A program made the translations under genes and the position numbers. Shown here in pieces: positions 51,783-64,000 of a stretch of 64,000 nt of DNA; the stretch's first letter is position 1, and every line of letters starts with the position of its first letter. Source of the stretch: Mobula hypostoma (lineage: Eukaryota); contig NC_086108.1 in assembly GCF_963921235.1 (NCBI RefSeq), forward strand, positions 50,284,001 through 50,348,000, written 5' to 3'. The notes under the pieces are model-generated. The model made no database searches, was not told the DNA's origin, and saw only the letters and a program-made list of their open reading frames with translations.

Positions 51783-52535
51783 AAGTTCAAAGTACATTGA
51801 TTATCAAAGTATGTATGCATTACACAACCTTGAGATTTGTCTCCTTACAGGGAGCGACGAAACAAGAAACCCAAAAGAACTGACTAAAAAAACGATCAAC
51901 TAATACCGAATGCGCAGAGAGGGAGAAAACAACACAAATCATGCAAAGAATAAAAGCAAGCAACAGCATTCAGAACAAAAGTGAGTCCAAAGACATGACG
52001 CCCAGTGCAGGCCCTCAGCCTCAGCCTCAGTTCGTCACATAGCAGAGCTAAACATTGTGGTGCCTGCAGACATGAAGCCTGGAGTGGCCAGGGCAGGCCC
52101 ACAGCCTCAGCCTTAGTGCAGGGAACAGCAGAGCAACTGTTGCGGGGCAGTGGCAGAACCAGCCTGACCCTCACCTCCGGTCTCAACACCCTGCCTTTTC
52201 AATCCATCCATCCCCGTGTTTAAATCGACCAAACGGCGGGTTGTTCCTTGCTCTAAAACCCGGGCCCTGTCGCATTAATGTGCTCTGGGCCTGGACCCTG
52301 CGGCCATGTTCTGGCCCAACCCTGACCTTTTCAAGTTGGTCTGGCGCTTAGATCGATTGGACCTCGCTCTCAGTTTAGGTGGACAGGCTCCGAAATTCCT
52401 CCGCTCCGACTTTTCTCTGCTTTGCACGCTCTGACTCTGTCTCAACCGTGTCTTGACCTTGCTTCAGCCACTTCTCCTCGAACATGCCTCGACCTCGCTC
52501 CGACTTTTCATTGCACCAACATGCCTTTTTGTAGT
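51783..52535 (-). mobile_element. non-coding LINE-tail-bearing repeat
   Basis: AAGTTCAAAGTACATTGATTATCAAAGT end shared with the 13684 and 56695 repeats; GC-rich body. Confidence 0.4.
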
Positions 52536-53164
52536 TGGAGATGATCATTGCCTGGCACAGTCTTTTTTTCCACTTACCAGCATAAATCTGAATATAATCC
52601 AGTGTATTTGTGTGAATAACTTCATTACTTCATTGTAGGTGAAACTATGCATGACAAAATTAATGAACAGCTACACTTCTGATGAAGTGAAGTTTATCAA
52701 GAAGCTGCTGAAGTTGGTCAGTCGAGTGTATCAGATGAGGAGTGCACCCTAATGAGGGTAGGAAATATGGTATTGTGTAACTCCAGCTCTATTGAAAACA
52801 GGTTGACTTGTAATTGCCTTGCAAACAACTCAGTCTGTGAGCAATTAGGATGAGCTTTGGGCTGGTACCAGACATAGGAGAAATTTCTTTCAGATTCCCA
52901 CTCTCCATCACAGCCCCTTGGTGCTCTGCCTCCACCTTCATTACTAGTTTTACAATAATGAACCACAATTGCTTCCTTCTCTCTCTATCCTACTGTCATG
53001 AAACAGTGAGGTGAATCAGCCCATCCCTGACACCCTATGTGAAAATGTGAATGAGATTGATTGGATTACTGTCAGAAAAATAGGAGCTTTATATAAAAAT
53101 ATAACTCATGAAAGATACTCTGTCCATATAGTGATTCATGGGTGGAAGAAAAGGAACAAAGTGG

Positions 53165-54932
53165 GTCTTACCTCGACTCAGTTTTATTCTCCCTTGTTCA
53201 GTCTCTGCCTACCTACATCTGTGACACTCCACACACTCTTGATCTTTTCAATGATTTCAAGTTCCCTGGCCCTGATCATCTTATTTTCACTATGGATACC
53301 CAGTCCCTATACATCTCCATCCAGTACCAGGAGTGTCTCAAAGCTCTCTGTTCCTTTCTGGACACCAGACCCGACCAGTTCCCCTCCACCACCATTCTTC
53401 TCCATCTGGCAAAACGTCCTCACTCTTAATAATTTCTCCTTCGGCTCCTCCCACTTTCTTCAAACGAAAGGTGTAGCCACAGGCACTTACATAGGTCCAG
53501 CTATGTCTACCTTTTTGTCGGCTACGTGGAATAGTCTATGTTCCAAGCCTACACCAGTATCACTCCCCAACTTTTCCTATGCTACATCAGCAACTGCATT
53601 GCTGCTGCTTCCTACACACATGCAAAGCTTGTCGACTTCATGCACTGTGCCTCCAACTTCCACCATGCCCTCAAATTTACCTGGTCCATTTCCGACAGCT
53701 CCCTCCCTTTTCTTGATTTCTCTGTCTCTCTCTCTCTGGAGACAACTTGTCTACTGATGTCTAACATAAACCCTCTGACTCTCACTACCTGGACTATACT
53801 TGTTACTTGTAAAAACGCCATCCTCTTCTCTCAATTCCTCTGACTCCTCCGCATCTGCTCTCAAGATGAGGCTTTTCATTTCGGGATGAATGAGATGTCG
53901 TCCTCCTTCAAAGAAAGGGGCTTCCCTGCCTCCACCATCAACAGAGCCCTCAACCACATCTCTTCCATTTTGTACACGTCTGCCCTCACCCCATCCTCCT
54001 GCCACCCCATCAGGAATAGGGTCCCTGTCGTCCCCACCTACCACCCCACAGCATCCGTGTCCTGCATATAATTCTCCATAACTGCCATCATCTCCAATGG
54101 GATCCCACCACCAAGCACATCTTTCCCTCTCCCCACCCCCTACTTTCTGCTCTGCAGGGATTGCTCCCTATGTGACTCCCTTGTCCATTCATCCCTCCCC
54201 ACTGAGGGAGGCCACACCTGCCCCTACACCTCCTCCCTCACTACCATTCAGGGTTCTAAACAGTCCTTCCAGGTGAGGCGACACGTCACCTGTGAGTCTG
54301 TTGGAGTAATTTACTGTATCCAGTGCTCCTGGTATGGCCTTTTGTATATCAATGAGATATGATGTAGATTGGGAGACTGCTTCACAAGCACCTACGCTCC
54401 GTCTGCCAGTAAAAGTGGGATCTCCCAGTGGCCACCCATTTTAATTCCACTTCCCATTCCAATTGGAGGATTACCATATCTACTGTCGTGATGAGGCCAT
54501 ATTCTGATTGGAGGAGTAACATATTCCTTCTGGGTAGCCTCCAACCAGATGGCGTGAACATCAATTTCTCAACTTCTGGTAATGCCTTCCCCCTTGTCTT
54601 CACCATTCCCCATTCCCATTTCCCTCTCTCACATTATCTCCTTACCTGCCTGTTGCTTCCCTCTGGTGCTCCATCCCCTTTTCTTTCTTCCATAGCCTTC
54701 TGCCCTCTCCTATTAGATCCCCCCCTTCTCCAGCCCTGTGTCTCTTCTACCAATCAACTTCCCGGCTCTTTACTTCACCCCTCCCCACCTCCACCTTCTT
54801 ACTCTGACTCCTCATCTTTTTCTCTCCAGTCCTGCTGGAGAGTCTTGGCCCGAGATGTCGACTGTACTTTTTTCCAAAGGTGCTGCCTAGCCTGCAGAGT
54901 TCCTCCGGCATTTTGTGTGTGTGTGTGTTGCT
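53165..54932 (+). mobile_element. Penelope-like element (RT, GIY-YIG endonuclease, terminal repeat), decayed
   Basis: MDTQSLYISI, LTLNNFSF...QTKGVA.GT, VTCESVGVIYCIQC...LLYI; degenerate hammerhead at 54828-54863. Confidence 0.9.
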
Positions 54933-55869
54933 CCACTGACCTTTCATGTGATTTGCTACACCATTGTTTGTACGAGGAGATGCTGATGAAAACCATCATG
55001 CTAACAGTAGGCTTCAAATGTCACCCACACAATTACTTTAGAAAGACAAAAGTAGAAACTCATACAGTTTAATCTTCATATTTTAGAAAGGACACGTCCA
55101 TCATGAAGTTAGTCCCACAAAGGTTTACTAATTGCTCCCCTGGGATGAAACTGAGTCCTATCAGAACTGACAGTGATGAACAGGGTCAAATAATCTGAAG
55201 ACAGGAGATAAATGAGCCCTAATGCAGCTTTGGTCATACTTAATAAATCAGCTTGTTCTCATATGGTTGCTCCTCTATAGCTGCTGCATTCCTGAGATAC
55301 TGATTCCTGAGAACTCTAAGATGACCTGCCTTGAAAAGCTTGGGTAAACAAAAGACTTAAGATATTATCGCTATTCATGTTTATTAATTTGTGTTCACAA
55401 TAACAGGCCATTTCAGAAAATAGAAATATATCATGTGAACAGATATTTGGGTTTTTTCTGGATTTTGTAAAGAAGGTAACTTGCTTCACAACCAGTAATT
55501 ACTCCTATCAGATTGCACTTTTCTTTAGTAGAGATTATAGCAATAGACTCACCTCAAATGGCATGAAACATCACACAAACTAATTCTTACATTCTGGGCT
55601 TCAATAAGTTGCCACAGGTTCCTACATACAAATTCCAGCAGCAAATTCATATTTATTAGCTTACAGAGCAGAGTATATAATCCACAACATCTTTTGAAAA
55701 GTCGAAAAGTTGAGTTTATTGTCAGGTGAAAAAGTACATGTATGTACTGGTGCAGTGAAAAACTTACTTGTGCAGCATTGCAGGCATATACTGTGTCATT
55801 AGAGACACAACATTCACAAGAAAAATAAATTAAACTTAACTTACACAAAATTATACAAGAAAGAACACA

Positions 55870-56665
55870 GTGTCGGGAAGTGTATGGTCATGCATTTTGG
55901 TAGAAGAAATGAAAGGGTTGACTATTTTCTAAATGGAGAGAAAATACAAAAATCTGAGGCACAAAGGGACTTGGGAGCCCTTGTGCAGGATTCTCCAAAG
56001 GTTAACTTTCAGGTTGTCTGTGGCAAGGAAGGCAAATGCGGTTAGCATTCATTTCAAGGGGACTAGAATATAAAAGCAAGGATATAATATGAGTCTTTAT
56101 AAAGCCTCACTTGGAGTATTGTGAGCAGTTTTGGGCCCCTTATCTTAGAAAGGATGTGCTGAAACTGGAGAGGGTTCAAAGGAAGTTCACAAAAATGATT
56201 CCAGGATTAAATGGCTTGACAGATGAAGAACATTTGGTGGCTTTGGGCCTGTATTCGCTGGAATTCAGAAGAATGAGGGGTGGCTAATTCAAACTTAGCA
56301 TATGATGAAAAGCCTTGAAAGAGTGGATGTTGAGAGGATGTTTTCTGTGGAGGGAGTGTCTAAGACCAGATGACGTAGCATCAGAATAGAGAAGCGTCCT
56401 TTTAGACTGGAGTTAAGGAGGAATTTCTTTAGCCAGAGAGTGGTGAATCTGTGGAATTCTTGGCCACAGGCAGCTGTGGAAGCCAAGTTTTTATGTATAT
56501 TTAAGGCAGAGGTTAATCGATTATTGATTGGTCAGGGCATGAAGGGATACAGGAGGGACAGCTGGATATTGGGGCTGAGAGGGAAAATGGATCAGCCTTG
56601 ATGAAATGGGGGAGCAGACTCGACAGGCCAGATGGCCTAATTCTGCACCTTTATCTTATGGTCTA
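55870..56665 (+). mobile_element. CR1 3' part
   Basis: HLEYCEQFWAPYLRKD and FFSQRVVNLWNS; TCTTATGGTCT tail. Confidence 0.88.
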
Positions 56666-56694
56666 AAATATGTCCACTGTAGTGCAAACTGGTT

Positions 56695-59600
56695 AAAGTT
56701 CAAAATAAATTCTTTATCAAAGTATGTATACTACTCAGAGATTCATTTGCTTTCTGGCATTCAAGTTCAAATTCAAGTTCAGTTTGATCATCCACCTGTG
56801 CACATGTATATCGTCAAATGCCTCCGGACCAGGGTGCACAACACAGTACATAGAACTCGCACACACAACACATAAGGCACTATTATCACAAATAATAAGG
56901 ATAATTTATTGGCACAAGTAAACAGCATAATGCTACTTGTGCTTCATATGTGATGAGACCTGGGTGGTGGCAGGGAGTTCGGTAGACCTACAGCCTGGGG
57001 CAAGAAGCGGTTTTTCCAACCTAATAATTATTCTCCGAGTGCTACAGCCGATGATAGAGAGTCAAAGAGATGGGAGGGATCAGTGACATTGCTGAGGGGT
57101 CAGCGAATGCAGCACTCCTGTAAATATCTCTGATGGGTGGAAGAAAGATCCAAATGATTCTCTCAGCAGTTCTCACAATCCTTTGTAGAGGCGTGCAGTT
57201 CCAGTACCAGCAGTGATGCAGCTGGTCAGGACACTCTCGACGGTGCTCCTGTTAAAAAATGGTTAGAATTGGTGTTTCCATAGCAGACTGTGATATGACC
57301 AGTCAGGATACTCTCCACTGTACATCTATATACTGTAAGTTTGTCGAAGTTTTAGATGACGTGCCGAACATGTGCAAACTTCTCAGAAAGTAGATAGTTT
57401 TAATGGTGGAGAGGATGTGCTTGTGATGTACTGGGCTCAGTCCGGTACTCTCTGCAACTTGTTGCATTCCTGCTCATTTGATTTGCCAAAACACACCACA
57501 ATGCAACCAGCCAGCATACCTTCAACGGTATATCTGTGGAAGCTTGATAGGGTATTTGGTGACATGCCAAATCTCCTTAACTTCTCAAGAAAGTAAAGAT
57601 ACTGGGATGCTTTCCTTGTGATTGCATCTTTGTACTGGGCCCAGGACAGGCCATCCAATACGTTAATGCCCAGGAATTTAAAGCTGATTACCCTCTCCAT
57701 CGAACTCCACTGTAGACTGCTGCATTTTCATCCTCCTTCAGCTTCCTGAAGTCAGTAGTCAGTTCCTTAGCTTTACTGATACCGAATGAGAGGCTATTCT
57801 TATGGCACCACTCATTCCGGTGGCCTGTCTCGCTCCTGTACAGCCTCTCGTCACCACCTATAATTCGTCCAACAATAGTGGTGGCATCAGTGAGCGAGTA
57901 GATGGCATTGGTGCTGTGTTCAGAAAATGGAGCAGGGGGCTAAGCACGTAGCCTTGAGGTGTACCTGTGCTGATGGTCGGTGAGGAGATGTTGTTATCAA
58001 TCCTCACTGACTGAGGTCTGCTAATGAGGAAGTCAAGTGTCCAGTTGCAGAAAGAGATACAGAGTCTCATGTTTTGGAGCTTGATGATAAATTTGGATGC
58101 CATAATTGTAAATGCTGAACACAGCCTAAGACAGGGGTGGGCAACCTCTTTGCCTCTGTGGGCCAGATCGCGTATTAATGAGCAGATGGTGGGTTAGATA
58201 AGTGCCAGAAAAAACCTGAAATATGGGAATTATCCATAAATACATCTAGTTATGTTTTGCCTCAAATTAATGAATAACACATGCTAGAAAATGATTTGTG
58301 CTTAACGAAGGATGCCAATTAGTAATCAAAGAACTCAGTTTAGTTTTTCTGTCCCACCATTGCTGGTGCCCCATCAGTTGTGATGCCAATTAGCTTCAAC
58401 ACATTAAGTTTCATTTCTGACATCATTTTTGGCAAAGCTTCAAAAATGTCTGCTCCAGTTACCATGTCCTTCGTAGGAATTAATTGAATAAACTCTTCAA
58501 ACATTTGAAAAGTTGAGGTCACTCTTCACACAAACACTGCAAGTTGAGCAGTGTCTCTCAAGTCTGTACTCTCATCAAGCGCAATTGGAAAAAAAATGCA
58601 ATTCGTTGCAGGCATCCCTGAAACAACTTTTAACATCCGCTGATATTTCTTCAACTCGCCGTGTGATCGTTCTTGCTGACAGGCTGGTAGATGCAAGTAA
58701 AGATTTCTTTTCAGGACAAACAATATCCACCACTGCCAGTAAACATTCTTTGACAAACTCTCCATTTGTAAAAGGCTTAAATCTTTTCTGCAATACGCTT
58801 TGAGTCTTCGTAGCTGGCACGGGTAATTCCTTCATTTTCACTGCTTTTTCGGCACTCAGTGTCTACCTTCCTGCGTTTTGCATTCACTGCCATTGGAATT
58901 TTTTTCTTTGATTTTTTATTTCGAAACGTGAGTTATTCAACAAGTATCGTAGCACATGTAAATATCTGGATATTTAGCGCGGATTTCTTGTTAAAACACA
59001 GTGACGCTGTTTCTGTTTACAAATTTGAACGATCCCATCTGAAAACCTGCGCGAACACGGAGAGTATCTAATACATATTAATAAGGTAGTCTGCCTTCCC
59101 GTCATTCGTATTTACCAGTGTTCGGTTTGGAACAAAACGGAACCTGGGGCCAGTGAACAAGACGCCATGCACGTCCATCAGTGTGGTTGCGTGAAACACT
59201 CAGAATAAGGAAAAATCGCTCGCGGGCCGGATAGGCATAGTATCTCAATATGTGCCCGCGGGCCGTAGGTTGCCCACCCCTGGCCTGAGAACTGTGTTCC
59301 CGTTGTCCAGATGGCCCAGAGCAGAGTGAAGAGCCAGATAAGTCACATCTGCTGTTGATCTGTTGTAGCAGTAGGCAGATTAAAGTGTTTCCAGCTCATC
59401 TTTGAGACAGGAGTTGATTTGCACCAATTCCAACCTTTGGAATCATTCATCATGGTTGATGTAAGTGCCACTGGACGGTATCGTGAGGCTGGCCTCCATG
59501 CTTTTCTTGAGCAACAGGACAATAAAGCAGGTGGGGAAATCAGACTGGGAAAGCAAAGGGTTGAATATGACTGTAATTACTTCAGATAGTTGGTTTGCAC

Positions 59601-59790
59601 AGATCATTAGTGCTTGGTCTGGACAAGGCAGTGTATGAGAGCACAACCTCTTGATGGATGCCCAGAGATTGGCCTCACAGACTGAGATGACAGAGTCATC
59701 TGGAGGTGTGGCGACCCATCAGCATAGTTTTCCCTATCAAAACCATGCTTAACAGGCACTGAGCTCACCCAGGAGTGATAGGTCATTGCC
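56695..59790 (-). mobile_element. Rex1/Babar-like LINE pieces, interrupted by a hAT element
   Basis: SFKFLGIN...LYFLEKLRRFG...YTVEGMLAGCI and [16 protein letters not shown]...[13 protein letters not shown]. Confidence 0.8.
58132..59282 (-). mobile_element. hAT (Charlie/SPIN-like) transposon, internally deleted
   Basis: 16-bp TIRs CAGGGGTGGGCAACCT; 8-bp TSD GCCT(A/G)AGA; transposase relics KPFTNGEFVKECL, IALDESTD..DTAQL and ITTDGAPAMVG. Confidence 0.93.
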
Positions 59791-59869
59791 ATTTACACTA
59801 ACTGATCTCAGCTTTCTTGTAGTCATGAGCCAGGGAATTATCTCTATCTCTAGCCGCACTACTCCAAAG

Positions 59870-60375
59870 CAGGGGTCCCCAACCTTTTTTGCACCGCGGA
59901 CCGGTTTAATATTGACAATATTCTTGCGGACCAGCCGACGGGCGGGTGGGGGGGGGGGGTTGTGGATGTTAATCATGACCGGAATATAGGTGATAAGTCA
60001 ACTAAGTCACTTATAAGTGGGTAATACACTCAATTTTGTTTCTAAAAGGGTTTATCTAACAAATTTAATATTAAACACACAGCGCATATTTTCCCTGTAT
60101 GAACATATAAAATCATTGCAACACACCAATATTGCTGAATCAGTGGGAGCCCTGGGCTTGTTTCCCTGCGACAAGACGGTGCCATCGAGGGGTGATGGGA
60201 GACAGCAATACTCAAATGGGTTCCTTATGTCCAGTCTATTCCGCAATTTAGTTTTCATTGCATTCATTGCAGAAAAGCCTGCTTCGCAGAGATATAATAT
60301 CGTTTGATGTTGCCAAATCATACGTTTCCTCGCAGCCTGGTAGCACATGCTTTGCATGGTGGTCGGGGACCACTG
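59870..60375 (-). mobile_element. hAT-Charlie non-autonomous element
   Basis: Imperfect TIRs CAGGGGTCCCCAACC / GGTCGGGGACCACTG; flanks CTCCAAAG and TTCCAGAG; dimerisation-domain relic YLCEAGFSAM..MKTKLRNRLD. Confidence 0.85.
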
Positions 60376-61379
60376 TTCCAGAGTAACAAAAAGATCAGTT
60401 TAAACACAATTCCACTCACAAAACCAAGACAAATCCAAACCAGCTAATTACAGCAAACTGTTCCCACTCATCCATGAAAAAGTGAGATGTCTTATTAACC
60501 ATACGACTATGCAGCTATTTGGTTGTCAATACCTGGCCATCAATGTTCAATCAGGATTCTTTTAGGCCTTTGCTGCAGATCTTATTGTGATTTTGGTCAA
60601 AATGTCCATCAAAGAGCTAACCTGTGGAAATGTGATATGATCATCACATATGACCTAATATAGTGTCAAAAACCTGCATAATAGGAGATTCAATTGGAAT
60701 CAAGGGGAAACTTCTATTGGATAAGGTGAATCCTAGAACAAGGAAACTTGGTCATGGTCTTCGATAATCAACAATTTCAGACCTGGGAAACTGCTTCAAT
60801 GAATAAGCTGGGGCTCCCAAAACAGTGGAAAGCTAGAAATGTTATACCTGAGTTCAATAAAAGAAAAACAAAGCAACTGTAGACCAATCAATGACAGAGA
60901 TGAACTGAAAATTATAGTGTGTGGGGAAATAAGGGAAAAGAATAGAAGAATTACTTTCAACTGGGTGCTGGTGAAAAGTCATCAAACCAGAAATATTAAT
61001 AAAAGGAACTGATGCAACATGGTTCATTAATTAATTGGTAAGAAATAGAGTCATTGCAGAAGAATTTTTAGACTGGAGAAGTCTACAGAGGAGCTCTCCA
61101 GGGGTAAGTACAAGGTTTACTGTTTTCCTTTATAAATAATCATGCTATGGAGTTGTGCATATAGACAACACAAAACTTGCAGGCATAATAATAGGCCACA
61201 AGGTGATATTGACAGATTGATGGACTGGGCGTCTAGATGGCAGATGAAATTTCATGTTCAGGAATGGGAAGTGTTACACTTTATAGGAAGAATGGGAAGA
61301 GGTAGTGAAAACTCTTCTCATTCCACTAGAGGTAGTGGAACTAGTGGTAGTGTAATATTATTACATGTGCAACAATAAC

Positions 61380-62935
61380 AGGGTGTCGTGGTGGGAGATT
61401 TTAATTTCCCCAATATTATTGGCATCTCCCTAGAGCAAGGGGTTTAGATGGGGTGGAGTTTGTTAGGTGTGTTCAGGAAGGTTTCCTGACACAATATGTT
61501 GATAAGCCTACAAGAGGAGAGCCTGTACTTGAGCTGGTATTGGGAAATGAACCTGGTCAGGTGTCATGTCTCTCAGTGGGAGAGCATTTTGGAGATAGTG
61601 ATCACAATTCTATCTCTTTTACCAAAGCATTGGAGAGGGTTAGCAACAGAGAAGTTAGGAAAGCGTTTAATTGGAGGAAGGGGAAATATGAAGCTATCAG
61701 GCAGGAACTTGGAAACATACGTTGGGAACAGATGTTCTCAGAGAAATGTACGGCAGAAATGCGGCAAATGTTCAGGGGATATTTGTGTGGAGTTCTGCAT
61801 AGGTGGGTTCTAATGAGACAGGGAAAAGACGGTAGGGTACAGGAACTGTGGTGTACAAAGGCTGATGAAAATCTAGTCCAGAAGAAAAGAAAAGCTTATG
61901 AAAGTTTCAAAAAACTAGGTCATGATATAGATCTAGAAAATTATAAGGCTAGTAGGAAGGAGCTTAAGAATGAAATTAGGAGAGCCAGAAGGGGACATGA
62001 GAAGGTGTTGGCGAGCAAGATTAAGGAAAACCCCAAGGCATTCTACAAGTATGTGAAGAGCAAGAGGATAAGATGCGACAGAATAGGACCAATCAAGTGT
62101 GACAGTGGAGAAGTGTGTATGGAACTGGAGGAGATAGCGGAGGTATTTAATGAATACTTTGCTTCAATATTCACTATGGAAAAGGACCTTGGTGATTGTA
62201 GGGACGACATACAGCAGACTGAAAAGCTTGAGCATATAGACATTAAAAAAGAGGATGTGCTGGAGCTTTTGGAAAGCATCAAGTTGGATAAGTCACCAGG
62301 ACCAGATGAGATATACCCCAGGCTTCTGTGGGAGGTGAGGGAGAAGACGGCTGAGCCTCTGACAATGATCTTTGCATCATCAATGGGGACAGGAGAGGTT
62401 CCGGAGGGTTGGAGGGTTGCTGTGCTCAGTTCTGGTCACCTCACTACAGGAAGGATGTGGAAACTATAGAAAGGGCGCAGAGGAGATTTACAAGGATGTT
62501 GCCCGGATTGGGGAGCATGCCCTATGAGAATAGGTTGAGTGAACTTGGCCTTTTCTCCTTGGAGCGACGGAGCGTGAGAAGTGCATAAGATGATGAGAGG
62601 CATTGATCGTGTGGATAGTCAGAGGCTTTTTCTCAAGGCTGAAATGGCTAACACAAGAAGGCACAGTTTTAAGATGCTTGGAAGTAGGTACAGAGGAGAT
62701 ATCAGGTATAAGTTTTTTTACGCAGAGAGTGGCAAGTGCATGGAATGGGCTGCCGGCGACGGTGGTGGAGGCGGATACAATAGCGTCTTTTAAGAGACTC
62801 CTGGATAGGTACATGGAGCTTAGAAAAAGTAGAGGGCTATGGATAACCCTAGGTAATTTCTAAAGTAAGCACATGTTCGACACAGCTTTGTGGATCAAAG
62901 GGCCTGTATTGTGCTGTAGGTTTTCTATGTTCTAT
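61380..62935 (+). mobile_element. CR1 LINE with internal deletion near 62420
   Basis: ORF 61453-62469 (APE end to KSPGPD...WRVA) jumps to the QFWSPHYRKD region; CR1 tail; same subfamily as 32463-35425. Confidence 0.92.
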
Positions 62936-62984
62936 TAAGCTAGTGGATATAATTTTAAAATAAACACAATAACATGAAGCAAAG

Positions 62985-63965
62985 CTCAGAAAATGCTGCA
63001 GGAATTCAGCAGGTCAGGCAACATCTATGGGACCCTTCTTCTGGCCTAAAAAGGAAGGGGAAACACACCAGAATACAAAGGTGAGGGGAAGGGGAAGGAG
63101 AATAGCTAGAAGGTCGTAGGTGAAGCCAGGAGGGTTGAAAAGGTAAAGAACTGGAGAAGAAGGAACCTGATAGGAGAGATGAGTGGACCACAGGACCAAG
63201 GGAAGGAGAGTGGACTCGCTGGAGGTGATAGACAAGTGAGAAGAGGTAAGAGGCCAGAGTGGGGAATAGAGGAAGAGGGATGGGGGAGGGAATTTTTTTA
63301 ATACCAGAAGAAGAAAGCAATATTCATGTCATCAGGTTGGAGACTACTCAGACAGTATACAAGGTGTTGCTCCTCCACCCTGAGGGTGGCCTAATCTTGG
63401 CACAAGTGGAGACCATGCACCAACATGTCAGAACAGGAATGGGAATCAGAATTAAAATATTTGGCAACCAGAAAGTTTTGCTTTCGGTGGATGGAGTGGA
63501 GGTGCTCAACAGAGTGATAACCCAATTCTCGATGGGTCTTACCAATGTAGAAGAGGCTGTGTCGGGAACACTGCATAAGGTAGGCGACCCCAGCAGATTT
63601 GCAGGTGAAGTGTTGCCTCACCTGGTAGAATTGTTTGGGGCCCTGAATGGAGGTGAGGGAGGAGGTGAATGGGCAGGTGTAGCTCTTAGGCTGCTTGCAG
63701 GGAGAAGTACCGGGAGAGAGATTAGTGGGGAGGGATGAATGGAGAAGAGATTCATGGAGGCAGCGATCCCTACAGAAAGTGCGGAGAGTGTGGCAGGTAA
63801 AGGTATCTTTAGTGGTAGGATCCCTTTGGAGATGGCAGAGGCTGTGGAGGATAATGTGTTCGATGTGGATACTCAAGGGGTAGTTGATAAGGACAAGATG
63901 ACAGGAAAATGGGGTGAGCGCAGATGTACGGGAAATGGAGGAGATGTGGATGAATGTTTGGGGGG
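62985..63965 (-). mobile_element. Penelope-like element 3' part (GIY-YIG endonuclease plus terminal repeat)
   Basis: HFTCKSAGVAYLMQCSRHSLFYIGKTHREL...EH; terminal repeat remnant at 62985-63050. Confidence 0.88.
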
Positions 63966-64000
63966 GGGGTCAAGTATGTGCATAGTTTATTGAATGTGTC

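Overview
Eukaryotic, transposon-saturated, non-genic or intronic DNA. It is most likely from a cartilaginous fish (shark or ray); this is inferred from V-domain tRNA-SINEs with CR1-like tails, abundant CR1 LINEs with (TTCTATG)n tails, and Penelope-like and Hero elements. No intact host gene could be identified, and nearly all long ORFs are transposon relics. Main contents: (1) A class I (gamma/epsilon-like) endogenous retrovirus on the minus strand (14734-20315), with a CCTG target-site duplication inside a CR1. It has a 597-bp 5' LTR, a tRNA-Arg primer-binding site, decayed gag and pol, and two large deletions. A 2H-phosphoesterase-like domain sits directly upstream of its RT. (2) Many Penelope-like element (PLE) fragments whose terminal repeat carries a minimal type I hammerhead ribozyme. 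One is a young composite insertion (25757-26657) that carries about 517 bp of non-repeat cargo and begins 5 nt from the predicted self-cleavage site; another is a fold-back insertion (41026-41207). (3) More than ten CR1 copies, a Hero-type RLE retrotransposon, Rex1/Babar-like LINE pieces, V-SINEs and three hAT elements with TIRs and 8-bp TSDs. All calls were made by eye; no database searches were run.
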